Positions 27,440 through 37,318 are shown, counted from the stretch's first letter. The stretch: DNA of 64,000 nucleotides from Candidatus Peribacteria bacterium (GCA_041691135.1 JBEPVF010000008.1:8529-72528), one strand, 5' to 3'. Program-made: numbers and translations. The notes: generated by a model not told the origin, from the letters alone.

Positions 27440-27948
27440 ACAATCGGGATAAGTCCGAAATAAGAAAGCAGAAGCAGCACCACCAGCGCCGCAATACCGG
27501 CCAGCACATCATCGAGCAGTACGGAAATGTATGTTCCTTGCCGGTCCATGGCACCGATGCCGAGCGGTTTCCAGATATCGAAAATGCGGAACAAGAGAAA
27601 GGCGGCAGCGAAGGGGACTGTCTGGATTGCGCCGCTCAACATCAGCGGCAATGCGCTGACGTACATGCCGAGAAATTCATCGATCACGACAAATGACTGA
27701 TCAGGATCGTCGGCGCCGGTAGCGGCCGGCATGGCCTGTAGTGAGAGCCAAAAGACGATACCGAACAGGACAATCAATTCTGCTATTTTCATCGGAACCG
27801 AGCCGGTCAATCCTTCGCGCACGATCAGCAGCAGCGGGATGGATATCAGACTGCCCCACGTGCCGGGTGCCCATGGAATGAATCCGATGCCGCCCATGCT
27901 TAGGAACGCCGTTGCAGAGCGCCGATACGCAGTCATAAACAGCATCAT
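27436..27948 (-). CDS. pgpA: Phosphatidylglycerophosphatase A
   Basis: PWAPGTWGS, DPDQSFVVIDEFLG, FRIFDIWKP and LDDVLAG motifs. Confidence 0.9.
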   Translation of the reverse strand: MMLFMTAYRRSATAFLSMGGIGFIPWAPGTWGSLISIPLLLIVREGLTGSVPMKIAELIVLFGIVFWLSLQAMPAATGADDPDQSFVVIDEFLGMYVSALPLMLSGAIQTVPFAAAFLLFRIFDIWKPLGIGAMDRQGTYISVLLDDVLAGIAALVVLLLLSYFGLIPIV

Positions 27949-27983
27949 AGTCCCGTACGGCCAGCAATGGCCAGTGATGCCGG

Positions 27984-28922
27984 TCAGCCGCTCTGTCGGG
28001 CCAGCTGCATCAGCAGATTTTTTACCTGACCGATCACCACTTCCGGCAGAAAGAATCCGCGCTTCACGAAGTTGCTGTCGGTTTCCCAGAACCAGCGCGT
28101 GTCGATGAATTTGAGTCCGTCGTTGCTCAAAAGAATATTGTCGGTCTTGGTGAGCCAGTCGTACATCTGCAGAATGGGGTAGCGCGGGCGCGTATCGGGC
28201 AGCAGCTTGCGGTCGCGATGCAGGAGCAGGAGGAGATACAGGAAGAGAATGCACTGATCGCGCGTGGGGCCGTCGATGGCAGTCAGGTCGATGTCGTGCA
28301 GATGCGTGCCGTCGATGTACTGCTGGAATAAGAAAAATGTTTGCTGGCCTTCGTTCTGAGGCGAAAGCGGACGGCCGGTCAGCAGATATTCTTTGGGCAG
28401 AAAATTGTGATGCTGCAGCGGACTGCGGAAGAGGGTTTCGAGATGAGCCGGCAGATCAATGCCGTAATCTTCGCGAATATCCTGCATGCGCTGAACGAGA
28501 TTGTTGCGGATATCCCGCTGGGCATCCACGATGCGCATGAGGTTCGGGTGATGATACGGCGTTGTGCCGTCTCGTTCTTCGAAGTAGCCAAGGTATTCGG
28601 CGAACTGCAAATACAACCGGTACTGACGCACGATTTCCTCCTGCGTCGGCAGGAATGTTTGCGAGAACTGACGCCATACCGTCTCGGTGAACTTGGCCGG
28701 CAGCGCGACTTTCACATTCTTCAGCAGATTGAAGTCCATGTCCCAGCGGCCTTCCTTCATCACCCACTGCGCATCGCGTATGCGGAACACACGCGCCTGT
28801 AAGCCATCGGAAAGCGCATCGAATTCGTGTTCGTCGAAGAGTTCTTCCATCGGCGCCGTCCGGACAACATCCGGATCATAGATCGCATGTTGTTGCAGCC
28901 AAGGCTCGAGAGAGAACGCCAT
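27984..28922 (-). CDS. Hypothetical protein with atypical kinase-like motifs
   Basis: GLQARVF, VMKE, QQYIDG, LPD...DNILL and KFID appear in kinase-fold order. Confidence 0.5.
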   Translation of the reverse strand: MAFSLEPWLQQHAIYDPDVVRTAPMEELFDEHEFDALSDGLQARVFRIRDAQWVMKEGRWDMDFNLLKNVKVALPAKFTETVWRQFSQTFLPTQEEIVRQYRLYLQFAEYLGYFEERDGTTPYHHPNLMRIVDAQRDIRNNLVQRMQDIREDYGIDLPAHLETLFRSPLQHHNFLPKEYLLTGRPLSPQNEGQQTFFLFQQYIDGTHLHDIDLTAIDGPTRDQCILFLYLLLLLHRDRKLLPDTRPRYPILQMYDWLTKTDNILLSNDGLKFIDTRWFWETDSNFVKRGFFLPEVVIGQVKNLLMQLARQSG

Positions 28923-29059
28923 CAGCGGCAGCGTAGAGGCATCGGGCAGCACAGCCAAGTTTCGCCGGGACCCAGTTGATGATTTGAGCGCAGACAGCTG
29001 CGATTCCCAGCTTCCATTGCTGATTGGCAGTAGTCAGCGTGCCATCTTCTGATTATCGT

Positions 29060-29599
29060 ATGAACGTGTTTCTTGATCTTCTCCTCGGCCTGATCGTCCT
29101 TGTCGTGTTCCTCATTGCGCTCACGGCGGCGTATTTCGTCCGATTCGATGTGCCGGCCGTACCGAGTCCGCACGAGATCGTTCGTGCCATGGTGGAAGCG
29201 GCGCAGCTGAAAGAAGGGGATCGCGTACTGGATTTGGGTGCGGGTGACGGACGTTTGCTGATCGAAGCCAAGCGCCAAAACCCGGGGATCACCGCCATTG
29301 GCTATGAAATTGTTCCGACGATTTGGCTCTTCGGAAAACTGCGTACCTGGTGGTCGCGACAAACAATAACGTTCCGCTGCGCTGATGCGCAGAAGGCCGA
29401 TCTCACCGGTGTCTCGGTCATCTTCCTGTACGTGACACCCGAGATGATGCGCAGCCTGAAGCAGAAATTCGATCGCGAACTCAAGATGGGCGTACGCATC
29501 GTATCGCATGTGTTCGCTCTCCCGGATCGGACGCCGGTACGGCAGGTAAAAATTCCGTGGGGCAGAGGGGAGAAGGTGTTGAGGGTGTATGAATGGTAA
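29060..29599 (+). CDS. Membrane-anchored class I SAM-dependent methyltransferase
   Basis: VPAVPS, VLDLGAGDGR, GYEI and RIVSH motifs. Confidence 0.88.
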   Translation: MNVFLDLLLGLIVLVVFLIALTAAYFVRFDVPAVPSPHEIVRAMVEAAQLKEGDRVLDLGAGDGRLLIEAKRQNPGITAIGYEIVPTIWLFGKLRTWWSRQTITFRCADAQKADLTGVSVIFLYVTPEMMRSLKQKFDRELKMGVRIVSHVFALPDRTPVRQVKIPWGRGEKVLRVYEW

Positions 29600-29605
29600 A
29601 TTGAG

Positions 29606-29641
29606 GAAACCGAGGGAACCGACGCAACCGAAGAAACCAAG
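29606..29641. repeat. 9-bp-period tandem array (GnnnC[C/A]GAn)
   Basis: gaaaccgag ggaaccgac gcaaccgaa gaaaccaag between convergent genes. Confidence 0.7.
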
Positions 29642-29653
29642 GATATTCGTCAG

Positions 29654-31132
29654 TTATATCGGTTTCTTTTTTACTAATCCGACTCCCGCGATCATCACTC
29701 CGTACATCGCCACGACAATCCATCCCGGCATGCCTGCGACATTCACTGATGCGAAGGGGATATGAGCCGAAAATTCAGCAACGTGGATGACCCATTCCAT
29801 GCAGCCGAAAGCCAGGTAGCTGACGAGCTGCCCGAGGGGAAACCAAATCCAGCTGAGGCAGGTACCGACGAAACCGAAGAGCATGGCGAAGGGGACCAGC
29901 GGGGCGACGAGAATGTTGGTGAGCGGTGCGATGACGGAGAAGCGGCCGAATAGAAAAGCGATCCATGGCCACGTACCGATTTGAGCGGCGATGGTTGCTT
30001 GCAGGTTTTCGCGAATGCCAAATGCCTGGGGTAACCGGGCGCATGGCTTTTCCAGGAACGGCGATAGTTCACTCAAGCTGATGATGGCGAGGAAGGAAAG
30101 CTGAAAGCCGGCATCGTCCCAAAGCACATGCGGATTCCATGCGGTCATCAGACACGCCGTCCACAGAATCAGCAGCCGCGACTCGGTCAGGCGGTGTGCC
30201 TGTAATGCGAACAGACCCAAGATGCCCATGATGGCTGCGCGCACGACCGATGCACTCGCACCGACGAAGAGGGTGAACAGAATGATGCACGCAACCGACG
30301 GAAGGAATCGCCACCGCAGTGGCAGCCAGAACAGAAGGCTCGCCACACACATCATGATCATTGTGATGTTCGTCCCGGAAATGGCAATGATGTGTGTGAG
30401 TCCGGTGGCGTTGAAGTCTTGGGTCAGATGATCGGGAATGCCGCGGCGCGTACCGGTGAGCAGGCCGGCCAAAAATGATGCATGTGGCTCGGGCTGGATG
30501 CGATTGATCTGTGCTTCAAAAATTCCTTTGATGCCGAAGAGCGCAGCCATCAGTTTCGATCCATGGTTCCCGCTCAGACGTTTCATTGCCGGTCGGTTCA
30601 TCACTGCATAGATGCTGTACCGCGCCAGATAGCGGTCGTACGCAAAATCGTCGATGACAGTCGGCCGTTCCAGAATCCCGCTGACCTGCACTTCATCGCC
30701 GTACCGGTATGCCGGCCAGCCGTTCGGATCCGTCACCAGGACTTTTCCCTGTACGGGGATGGTGCGGCCGCTTTGGGTGAATGAGGTGCTGCTCAGTGTG
30801 TATTTGATCATCATCGGGCGCTCGTCGGGTTCGTCGCTCACGATGCCGCGGACAGTCACATGTGCTCCAGTGGCATAGGTATCGATGCTGGTAGCGTTCG
30901 GGACATGTGTTGCGTGCGCTACGGCTAAGAATGCCATGCTTACCCCGAGCGCAGAGGCGAACATCAGCAGGCTCGAGCGGAAGCGAAGACCCATCAGACT
31001 GCTCGCCGTTATCATACCGGCCAAACTGAGCCAGATGACAGATAGGTATGACGATTGCTCCCACCAGCGCAACAACAGAATGGTCGCCAAAAAGCTCAGC
31101 AGAAATGCGTACGACAGATGAGAGCGTTGCAT
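29654..31132 (-). CDS. comEC: ComEC/Rec2 competence protein (DUF4131 + Competence domain)
   Basis: TGLTHIIAISGTN, SVVRAAIM and DAGFQLSF motifs. Confidence 0.92.
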   Translation of the reverse strand: MQRSHLSYAFLLSFLATILLLRWWEQSSYLSVIWLSLAGMITASSLMGLRFRSSLLMFASALGVSMAFLAVAHATHVPNATSIDTYATGAHVTVRGIVSDEPDERPMMIKYTLSSTSFTQSGRTIPVQGKVLVTDPNGWPAYRYGDEVQVSGILERPTVIDDFAYDRYLARYSIYAVMNRPAMKRLSGNHGSKLMAALFGIKGIFEAQINRIQPEPHASFLAGLLTGTRRGIPDHLTQDFNATGLTHIIAISGTNITMIMMCVASLLFWLPLRWRFLPSVACIILFTLFVGASASVVRAAIMGILGLFALQAHRLTESRLLILWTACLMTAWNPHVLWDDAGFQLSFLAIISLSELSPFLEKPCARLPQAFGIRENLQATIAAQIGTWPWIAFLFGRFSVIAPLTNILVAPLVPFAMLFGFVGTCLSWIWFPLGQLVSYLAFGCMEWVIHVAEFSAHIPFASVNVAGMPGWIVVAMYGVMIAGVGLVKKKPI

Positions 31133-31147
31133 GCGATCAGTATCGCT

Positions 31148-31960
31148 TTACGCTTGAGCCAGTGCGATCCACTCATCGATACTCAGAGTCTGCGGCCGTC
31201 GATCCGGGGCTATCCCAAGCCGTTCCATCCGTTCTGCGATCTCCGGGAACGTCCCGAGTGAATTGCGGAGCATCTTCCGCTTCTGCCCGAAGGCGATCTT
31301 GGTCAGCTTGAAAATTTCCTCAATCGTCTTGGAGTCGGTGCGCGGTTTATCGAAACAATCGATATGAAGCACGGCTGAATCGACGGCCGGGGGCGGCAAG
31401 AACGCATCAGGCGGAACTAGGCAGGCGATACGCGCCTCGCCGAACAGGCCGACCAGAATAGTGAGAATCCCGGCATCGTTTTTGTCCGCAATTTTTTCGG
31501 CCACTTCGCGCTGGATCAGCAGTGTCATGCTTGTCGGCGTCTTGGGTGATTCCAGAAACGCGTGTCGCAGCAGCGGCGAGGTAATGTGATACGGGATGTT
31601 GGCGACGATCTTGTAGGGTGTTGTCGGAAAATCGACATGTAATGCATTGCCATGGATGATTTCCAGCTCAGCCGGTTCGTTCCCGATCTGCGATTGCTTC
31701 AGAAATTGTTCCAGCAACACGATCAATCGCGGATCCACTTCGATCGCCGTCACCTTCGTTGCAAGCTTCCGCAACTCGCGCGTGAGCACGCCGATGCCGG
31801 GACCGATTTCGACAATGTGATCCCTTTCTTCGATCTCCGCTGTATTCACGATCGTCTCCAGAATGTCCTCATCGATCAAAAAGTGCTGGCCGAGGTCGGT
31901 GTTCAACTTGAGGTGATGCGCTTGGAGAAAGCCGCTGAGTTCGTTGTACAGACTGGACAT
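31148..31960 (-). CDS. rsmA: 16S rRNA adenine dimethyltransferase
   Basis: LGQHFL, EIGPGIG, VANIPYHITS and FGQKRKML motifs. Confidence 0.95.
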   Translation of the reverse strand: MSSLYNELSGFLQAHHLKLNTDLGQHFLIDEDILETIVNTAEIEERDHIVEIGPGIGVLTRELRKLATKVTAIEVDPRLIVLLEQFLKQSQIGNEPAELEIIHGNALHVDFPTTPYKIVANIPYHITSPLLRHAFLESPKTPTSMTLLIQREVAEKIADKNDAGILTILVGLFGEARIACLVPPDAFLPPPAVDSAVLHIDCFDKPRTDSKTIEEIFKLTKIAFGQKRKMLRNSLGTFPEIAERMERLGIAPDRRPQTLSIDEWIALAQA

Positions 31961-32235
31961 TGGGCCAAGGGTGACAGTGCTTCTGTACCAAGTAAAGGCT
32001 CCTAGTGACGATTTCTACTTTATTGACATGCGTTCTTCTCTGAGTACAATCGCCTCACATGTCTCGTCAGACCTTTACATTCGGTTGGTATTTTACCTTC
32101 TTTACAGAGGGGAAGTCGCCGATGTGTCTGAACTAGCATAACTCACGACCCATTCGCACCTTCCCCCTGAACAGGCGGGAGGGCATTTGCCTGTGAGACT
32201 TTTATTTCTTTCTTATTTTTCTTCCCCACATTTTT

Positions 32236-32481
32236 ATGGCCAATTCACGTCAGGTATCCGTCACTCTTTCTCCTGAAGCGCAGGCGATAACTGTCGATCG
32301 TTTAGACCGAGAAGCAGACCAGTCAACAATCGTTAGACGGTTGTCGGAACAGTCGGGTGTAAGTGTCGAAAAAGTTACACAAGCACTCGCCTTCGCAAAC
32401 CAAGTTGCGAGCGATCCTCTTGTTCGAAACAAGCTCGGTCTTACCTCTACAGCTGAGTCTGATGAGGTTCAAAACTCTTAA
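32236..32481 (+). CDS. Hypothetical protein (81 aa)
   Basis: ORF after a TTGACA-16-TACAAT promoter (32023-32050) and a long structured leader. Confidence 0.55.
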   Translation: MANSRQVSVTLSPEAQAITVDRLDREADQSTIVRRLSEQSGVSVEKVTQALAFANQVASDPLVRNKLGLTSTAESDEVQNS

Positions 32482-32637
32482 ATTTATTGAGAGTTGAGGA
32501 TCAATCATTTGCCCTGATCTTTGACATCACCGGCCACTCGTTTCTGCACTCTTCGGAGGGCAGGCCACCTATGGCCGTGCCCCAGAGGAGGGGTGCGGAA
32601 GGCGGGTGGTTACACAATCATGTTGGATGAGGGAACC

Positions 32638-32949
32638 ATGAAAGACAACGATCTGCGGTCAGCGTTTGAGAAAGTGGCGGAACGGATCGCGAGGAAATTC
32701 TTGAGCAACGGCTTCAAGCTCTCTGATGAGGCGAGGATGTTTCACGATCTCCTCGCCGACCGTCACAGCGTCCAGGACTTCACCTTCCTGGGTCTGATGG
32801 TGGCCTATGACAGCCAAGAACACCTTCACGGGCGTGGTCGCATGCTCTATCGGGCCCAACGTCTGTGGCACGCACTCAGGAAGCCTCAAGGGAAGTCGTC
32901 CGTCAACTCGGGCGGGAGGTACACCTTTGTCCGTTTGGCCGGTGTGTAA
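32638..32949 (+). CDS. Hypothetical protein
   Basis: ATG preceded by GAGGG. Followed by a long hairpin at 32961-33008. Confidence 0.5.
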   Translation: MKDNDLRSAFEKVAERIARKFLSNGFKLSDEARMFHDLLADRHSVQDFTFLGLMVAYDSQEHLHGRGRMLYRAQRLWHALRKPQGKSSVNSGGRYTFVRLAGV

Positions 32950-33296
32950 TCACCATCCACCCCCGATCATCGCTTGTTCCCTTTACGGGGAGCTCATGAT
33001 GATCGGGGAGTTGTCGTGCAGTAATTTTGTTGACCGCCGAAAAATGGGGGAGTAGCTTTTTGGGTAATGATCCTCAAGTTGCTCCGCGCACTTGGCCTTC
33101 TGCCGTCCTTCTGTTGCGTCGTTGCACATTCTGCACGACGTCGGTTCGGCCGGTAGTTCTCCGCTCCTCCCTAGATTCCAGCCCCTCCTACGTCAGCAGA
33201 GGGGTTTTATTTTTTGATCTTTGACATTGTCACTCGTCTCTCGCGCCTTATGGCTAGGGCGCGAAAGTGCGAGTGGTACACAACAGGAACTTCTCC

Positions 33297-33611
33297 ATGT
33301 GTGAAAGCAGCGACGATGAGGTTCAGACTCTGGTTGCCGATCTGTCGGCGATTGTTGCCTGTACTCTCGAGGGCGATGTACAAGGAGCACCGCATCGCAT
33401 CTTGTTCGATACGGGCGTGATTTTCCGCCTGCGTGGACGAGAGCACCCCGAGTTGCCTGACAGGGAGCTGCCTTACAAAACGGGCTACGGCTCTTTTGGC
33501 AATCTCAATGGGGCAAAGCGGATCCTCGCGAGAATCATTTCCAGCGACGAAAATCCTCTGCCAGCTCTCGTCGATGCAGTGGAGCAGATGCTCATTGCTC
33601 TCGCTGGATGA
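33297..33611 (+). CDS. Hypothetical protein
   Basis: Upstream TTGACA at 33221; downstream hairpin at 33639-33678. Confidence 0.5.
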   Translation: MCESSDDEVQTLVADLSAIVACTLEGDVQGAPHRILFDTGVIFRLRGREHPELPDRELPYKTGYGSFGNLNGAKRILARIISSDENPLPALVDAVEQMLIALAG

Positions 33612-33983
33612 CGGCTCAACTGTTACACCACTCTGCATGCCGGTCCTCCTCTCTTCGTAGAGGAAGGGCCGGCCTTTTAAATCGCGTTGACAGCAAAAAA
33701 TCCTTTAAGGTATGTTTCCTGCGGTGCAAACCACTCTCTCCCTCCACGGCAACTTCCAGTCGACGGCCAAGCGCGTCGTCATTTGCTATGTCGGGAAGTG
33801 CGTGAGTTGAACCTTGTATCAATCTGATTACTCAGCCCTTCCCACAAAGAAGGGTTTTTATTTAGTTCTTTCACATCACTGCCGCTCATGTCTTGCATCT
33901 GTACTCAGAGTCCCTATGGGGCGCGATGAGTCGGGGGCAGGACGGTGGGTGGTTCCATTTCCAAACAATGTGAGGAGACGACG

Positions 33984-34409
33984 ATGAGCGCGTACGAGAC
34001 AAATCGTGTCCAACTGAACGAGCAGCGACGACAGCGGACGATCGAGAAGCGTCTCCAGTGGCTGCGGACTTTCTGGCAGGACAACCGCACATTCCGAGAG
34101 AACATCGAGGAATATCTGCGGCGTCAGCCCCAGGTGACAAAGATTGTCGCTCGTTGCAGTCAGTGTATTGCATTGAAAGGCTCGGAATCCGTTACCGTCA
34201 TCAGGACGTTTCGGATTCATCTGCCGATCAACGATCAGCAAAGCTTGATTCAGTACCTCTGCAGTCTCGAGACGGTCGAGGTGCTGGCCGAAATGCTGGG
34301 TGATATCCATCTCGAGCTCAACACTCGACTGCATGATCTCCGCGGAGGTTCGCACAAGCGCCCACGACCGTACCAATTCCGATTTCGCTCGATGCGGTAC
34401 GGAAACTGA
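33984..34409 (+). CDS. Hypothetical protein
   Basis: ATG preceded by GAGGAG. Followed by terminator acgccggc...gccggcgtttttt at ~34494-34530. Confidence 0.55.
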   Translation: MSAYETNRVQLNEQRRQRTIEKRLQWLRTFWQDNRTFRENIEEYLRRQPQVTKIVARCSQCIALKGSESVTVIRTFRIHLPINDQQSLIQYLCSLETVEVLAEMLGDIHLELNTRLHDLRGGSHKRPRPYQFRFRSMRYGN

Positions 34410-34536
34410 GTGATGAAAAGCAATGTTACTGAAAAGGCCGCGGATCAACGCGGCCTCTCGGTGCCAAGGAATGGAATCCCCGCACACATGTGTACGCCGG
34501 CTTTCTCTTACAGGGAGGCCGGCGTTTTTTATTGTA

Positions 34537-34636
34537 CCCCATCCCTAACCCTTCCCCCGCCTCCTCCATTCCGCTTATCAGCGAATCAGATACTTTTCAG
34601 GTGACATATCCTCAGTAACTTTCACGGGGAAGGGGG
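34537..34636. repeat. REP-like CCCTTCCCC...GGGGAAGGG unit
   Basis: ccccatccctaacccttccccc + ~67 nt + ggggaaggggg, the same geometry as the units flanking the DUF559 gene. Confidence 0.55.
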
Positions 34637-34725
34637 ATGTGTGTTGCTTTGTTCTCTCGTCCTTCCCCGCGTTGGCGTATGGGAGGGCCGGGGAAGGTGC
34701 CTTGCAGGGCGGATGGGGTGCACGC

Positions 34726-36996
34726 TCAAATCATCGTCAGCGGCGCGATCGACAAGGCGAAGGTTTTACTCTGCCCGTTATCGAATTTGATCGTCACAAT
34801 GTCGCCGCGCTTGCTGGTCACGTGGCCTTTACCGAAGGTGGGATGCGAGACACGTGTGCCTTCGGCGAAGGCGTCCTGATTCGTATCGTCGTCGGTCTCG
34901 AAATCCTGATTGAACTCCACGTCGATTTTGGGTGCGCCGGCCTGCCGGAACGGTTCCAATTTGCCGGCGCCGAAGTGCACTTGTCCGGCCTTCATGCGGC
35001 CGCTCTCGGATGCCCAGGCGAACGCGCTGAGCAGTTCATCACTGCGGCGCTCCGTCACCCCATCGGGCAAATCGTCCAGGAACCGGCTGGGAGCGTTGGC
35101 CTGTGTGTTGCCCCACAACATGCGATTGCGGGCGAACATCAGGACGAGTTTGGTTTTGGCGCGCGTCATGCCGACGTACATCAGCCGCCGTTCTTCTTCC
35201 AACTGCGCTTTGTCGAAGGCACTGTTGCTGTGCGGAAAGATCCCTTCTTCGCAGCCACCTATCATCACGTGTTCGAACTCCAGGCCTTTGCACAGGTGCA
35301 GAGTCATCAGCGTAATGGCGTCGTCGCGGACATCGTTGAGCTTATCGACCTCGGAGACGAGCGCAGCTTCTTCCAAAAAACTGGTGAGGGATGTTTGCGG
35401 ATCAAGCGCGTCGTACTTGTGCATCACGCTGAGGAGTTCCTGGACGTTCTGCCAGCGCTCCTCGCCTTCCTCACTCTCGTCGCGCAGCCATTTTTCCATG
35501 TCGATCGAGTGCAGCAGATTCTCGGTCAGTTCCGAGACGACGACGCCTTTGGCGCGTTCCTGTGCCCGTTCAATCAACCCGACGAATTGTTGCAGGCGCA
35601 CTTTTGTCGGTTCGTTGATCGTCGGCACGTTCTCGATATCCTTGAGTGTATCCCACAGTGTCAGTTTCTGGTCACTGGCATAGGCTTGCAGATTTCCAAT
35701 CGTCGTCTGGCCGATCTTGCGGGTGGGCACGTTGATGATGCGCAGCAGCGATATCGTGTCGTACGGATTGAGAATTGCGTACAGGTAGGCGATCACGTCC
35801 TTCACTTCGCGGCGGGCGTAGAATTTGACGCCGCCGACGATGCGGTAGGGGACGCCGTTGCGCATGCAGGCTTCTTCGAACAAACGTGATTGGGCGTTAG
35901 TGCGGTACAGAATCACCTGGTCGTTAAACTGCACGCCATCGGTCCGCATCTGCGAGGCACGTTTGATGGCTTCTTCGGCTTCCTTCTTCTCGTCCGATAC
36001 TTCCTGCACCGTCACCATCGGGCCTTCTTTACGGCTGGTCCACATCTGCTTTTCGGGACGATTTGGATTGGCGGCGATCACCGCATTAGAGGCGGTCAGG
36101 ATCGGCTGGGCCGAGCGGTAATTCTGTTCGAGCTTGATGTGCAGTGCGTCGGGGTATTCGTTCTCGAACTCCATGATGTTGCGGATATCGGCGCCGCGGA
36201 AAGCGTAGATCGACTGGTCTGGGTCGCCGATCACGCACAGATTGCGGTACTTCTGCGCCAGCATCGAGATCATCAGATACTGGGCGTGGTTGGTATCCTG
36301 ATACTCATCCACATGCAGGTAGCGCCACGACTCCTGGTACCGGTCGAGCACGTCGGGCACTTCGCGGAACAGGCGCACTGTTTCCAGAATCAGGTCGTCA
36401 AAGTCCATCGCATTCGCTGCAGCCAGTGCTTTTTGATACTTGCCGTACGCCACGATGATCTGTTGCATGCGGGCAGTAGTTGCCTGGCTTAATGCTTCTT
36501 GCGGATTTAGCGCTTCGGATTTCAGGCGGCTGACGTTACCCAGGGCGGCACGCGGTTTGATCTCTTTCTCGTCGATGTGCATCTCCTTCAGGATCTCCTT
36601 CATCACTTTCTCCTGATCGTCGCTGTCGTAGATAACGAAGTTGCGGTTACGGCCCATCCGTTCGATATCGCGGCGCAGCATGCGGACGCACACCGAGTGG
36701 AACGTGCCCATCACCGGCAATTTCCCCGGATCATTGCTCTTGGTCTCCGTTCCCTCAGTCAAATGCAGTAATCCTTTGATACGTGCCTTCATTTCGGTTG
36801 CCGCTTTGTTGGTGAATGTCACCGCCAAAATCTGCCACGGCGGAATACCTTGCTGCATCATATACGCGATGCGATGCGTGAGTGCTTTGGTCTTGCCGGA
36901 GCCGGCCCCTGCCAAGATCAACGCCGGTCCCCGAATATTCTCCACCGCTTGGCGCTGTGGTTCGTTTAAGTTATTGAAAATCAGATCAGAATTCAC
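34726..36996 (-). CDS. pcrA: ATP-dependent DNA helicase PcrA/UvrD
   Basis: AGAGSGKT, TFTNKAA, VDEYQD, QNYRS, EEERRLMYVGMTRA motifs and C-terminal Tudor-like domain. Confidence 0.95.
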   Translation of the reverse strand: MNSDLIFNNLNEPQRQAVENIRGPALILAGAGSGKTKALTHRIAYMMQQGIPPWQILAVTFTNKAATEMKARIKGLLHLTEGTETKSNDPGKLPVMGTFHSVCVRMLRRDIERMGRNRNFVIYDSDDQEKVMKEILKEMHIDEKEIKPRAALGNVSRLKSEALNPQEALSQATTARMQQIIVAYGKYQKALAAANAMDFDDLILETVRLFREVPDVLDRYQESWRYLHVDEYQDTNHAQYLMISMLAQKYRNLCVIGDPDQSIYAFRGADIRNIMEFENEYPDALHIKLEQNYRSAQPILTASNAVIAANPNRPEKQMWTSRKEGPMVTVQEVSDEKKEAEEAIKRASQMRTDGVQFNDQVILYRTNAQSRLFEEACMRNGVPYRIVGGVKFYARREVKDVIAYLYAILNPYDTISLLRIINVPTRKIGQTTIGNLQAYASDQKLTLWDTLKDIENVPTINEPTKVRLQQFVGLIERAQERAKGVVVSELTENLLHSIDMEKWLRDESEEGEERWQNVQELLSVMHKYDALDPQTSLTSFLEEAALVSEVDKLNDVRDDAITLMTLHLCKGLEFEHVMIGGCEEGIFPHSNSAFDKAQLEEERRLMYVGMTRAKTKLVLMFARNRMLWGNTQANAPSRFLDDLPDGVTERRSDELLSAFAWASESGRMKAGQVHFGAGKLEPFRQAGAPKIDVEFNQDFETDDDTNQDAFAEGTRVSHPTFGKGHVTSKRGDIVTIKFDNGQSKTFALSIAPLTMI

Positions 36997-37045
36997 CCGC
37001 AAAGTGTAGCTGATCCGTTCCAAAATGTGAGAGATTTTCAGTCTT

Positions 37046-37318
37046 TTATGCTGCCTCAATCACCCCGGGAATATTTCGAAGAGCTTGTATAATTTCCAGT
37101 CGATTGTCTCCTGCCGCGCAACTGATACGAATACGACGGATAGGCTGGTCAGTTTCCTCTAATGCCTGATAACTGTAGCCACGAACTAGTGTCATGCCGG
37201 AAACTACGCCAAGTATTTCTTGTAATGCATCGGAAGAGTTGCGGATACAAATACTAAGCGGCTTTTCTGCATAGCTACTGTCCATATCTGTTTCCGAGTG
37301 TTCAGGGGCAATATTCAT
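37046..37318 (-). CDS. Hypothetical protein (90 aa)
   Basis: ORF fills the gap between the rmuC-like gene and pcrA on the same strand. Confidence 0.45.
   Translation of the reverse strand: MNIAPEHSETDMDSSYAEKPLSICIRNSSDALQEILGVVSGMTLVRGYSYQALEETDQPIRRIRISCAAGDNRLEIIQALRNIPGVIEAA

Noticed and set aside
33717-33863. 6S RNA
   Set aside because: It contains TTGAACC, but lacks the extended 5'/3' closing helix and central bubble.
34639-35889. 416-aa + strand ORF and similar long antisense ORFs over pcrA, the ATPase, tig and secF
   Set aside because: These are shadows of GC-biased codon usage on well-supported opposite-strand genes and have no motifs.
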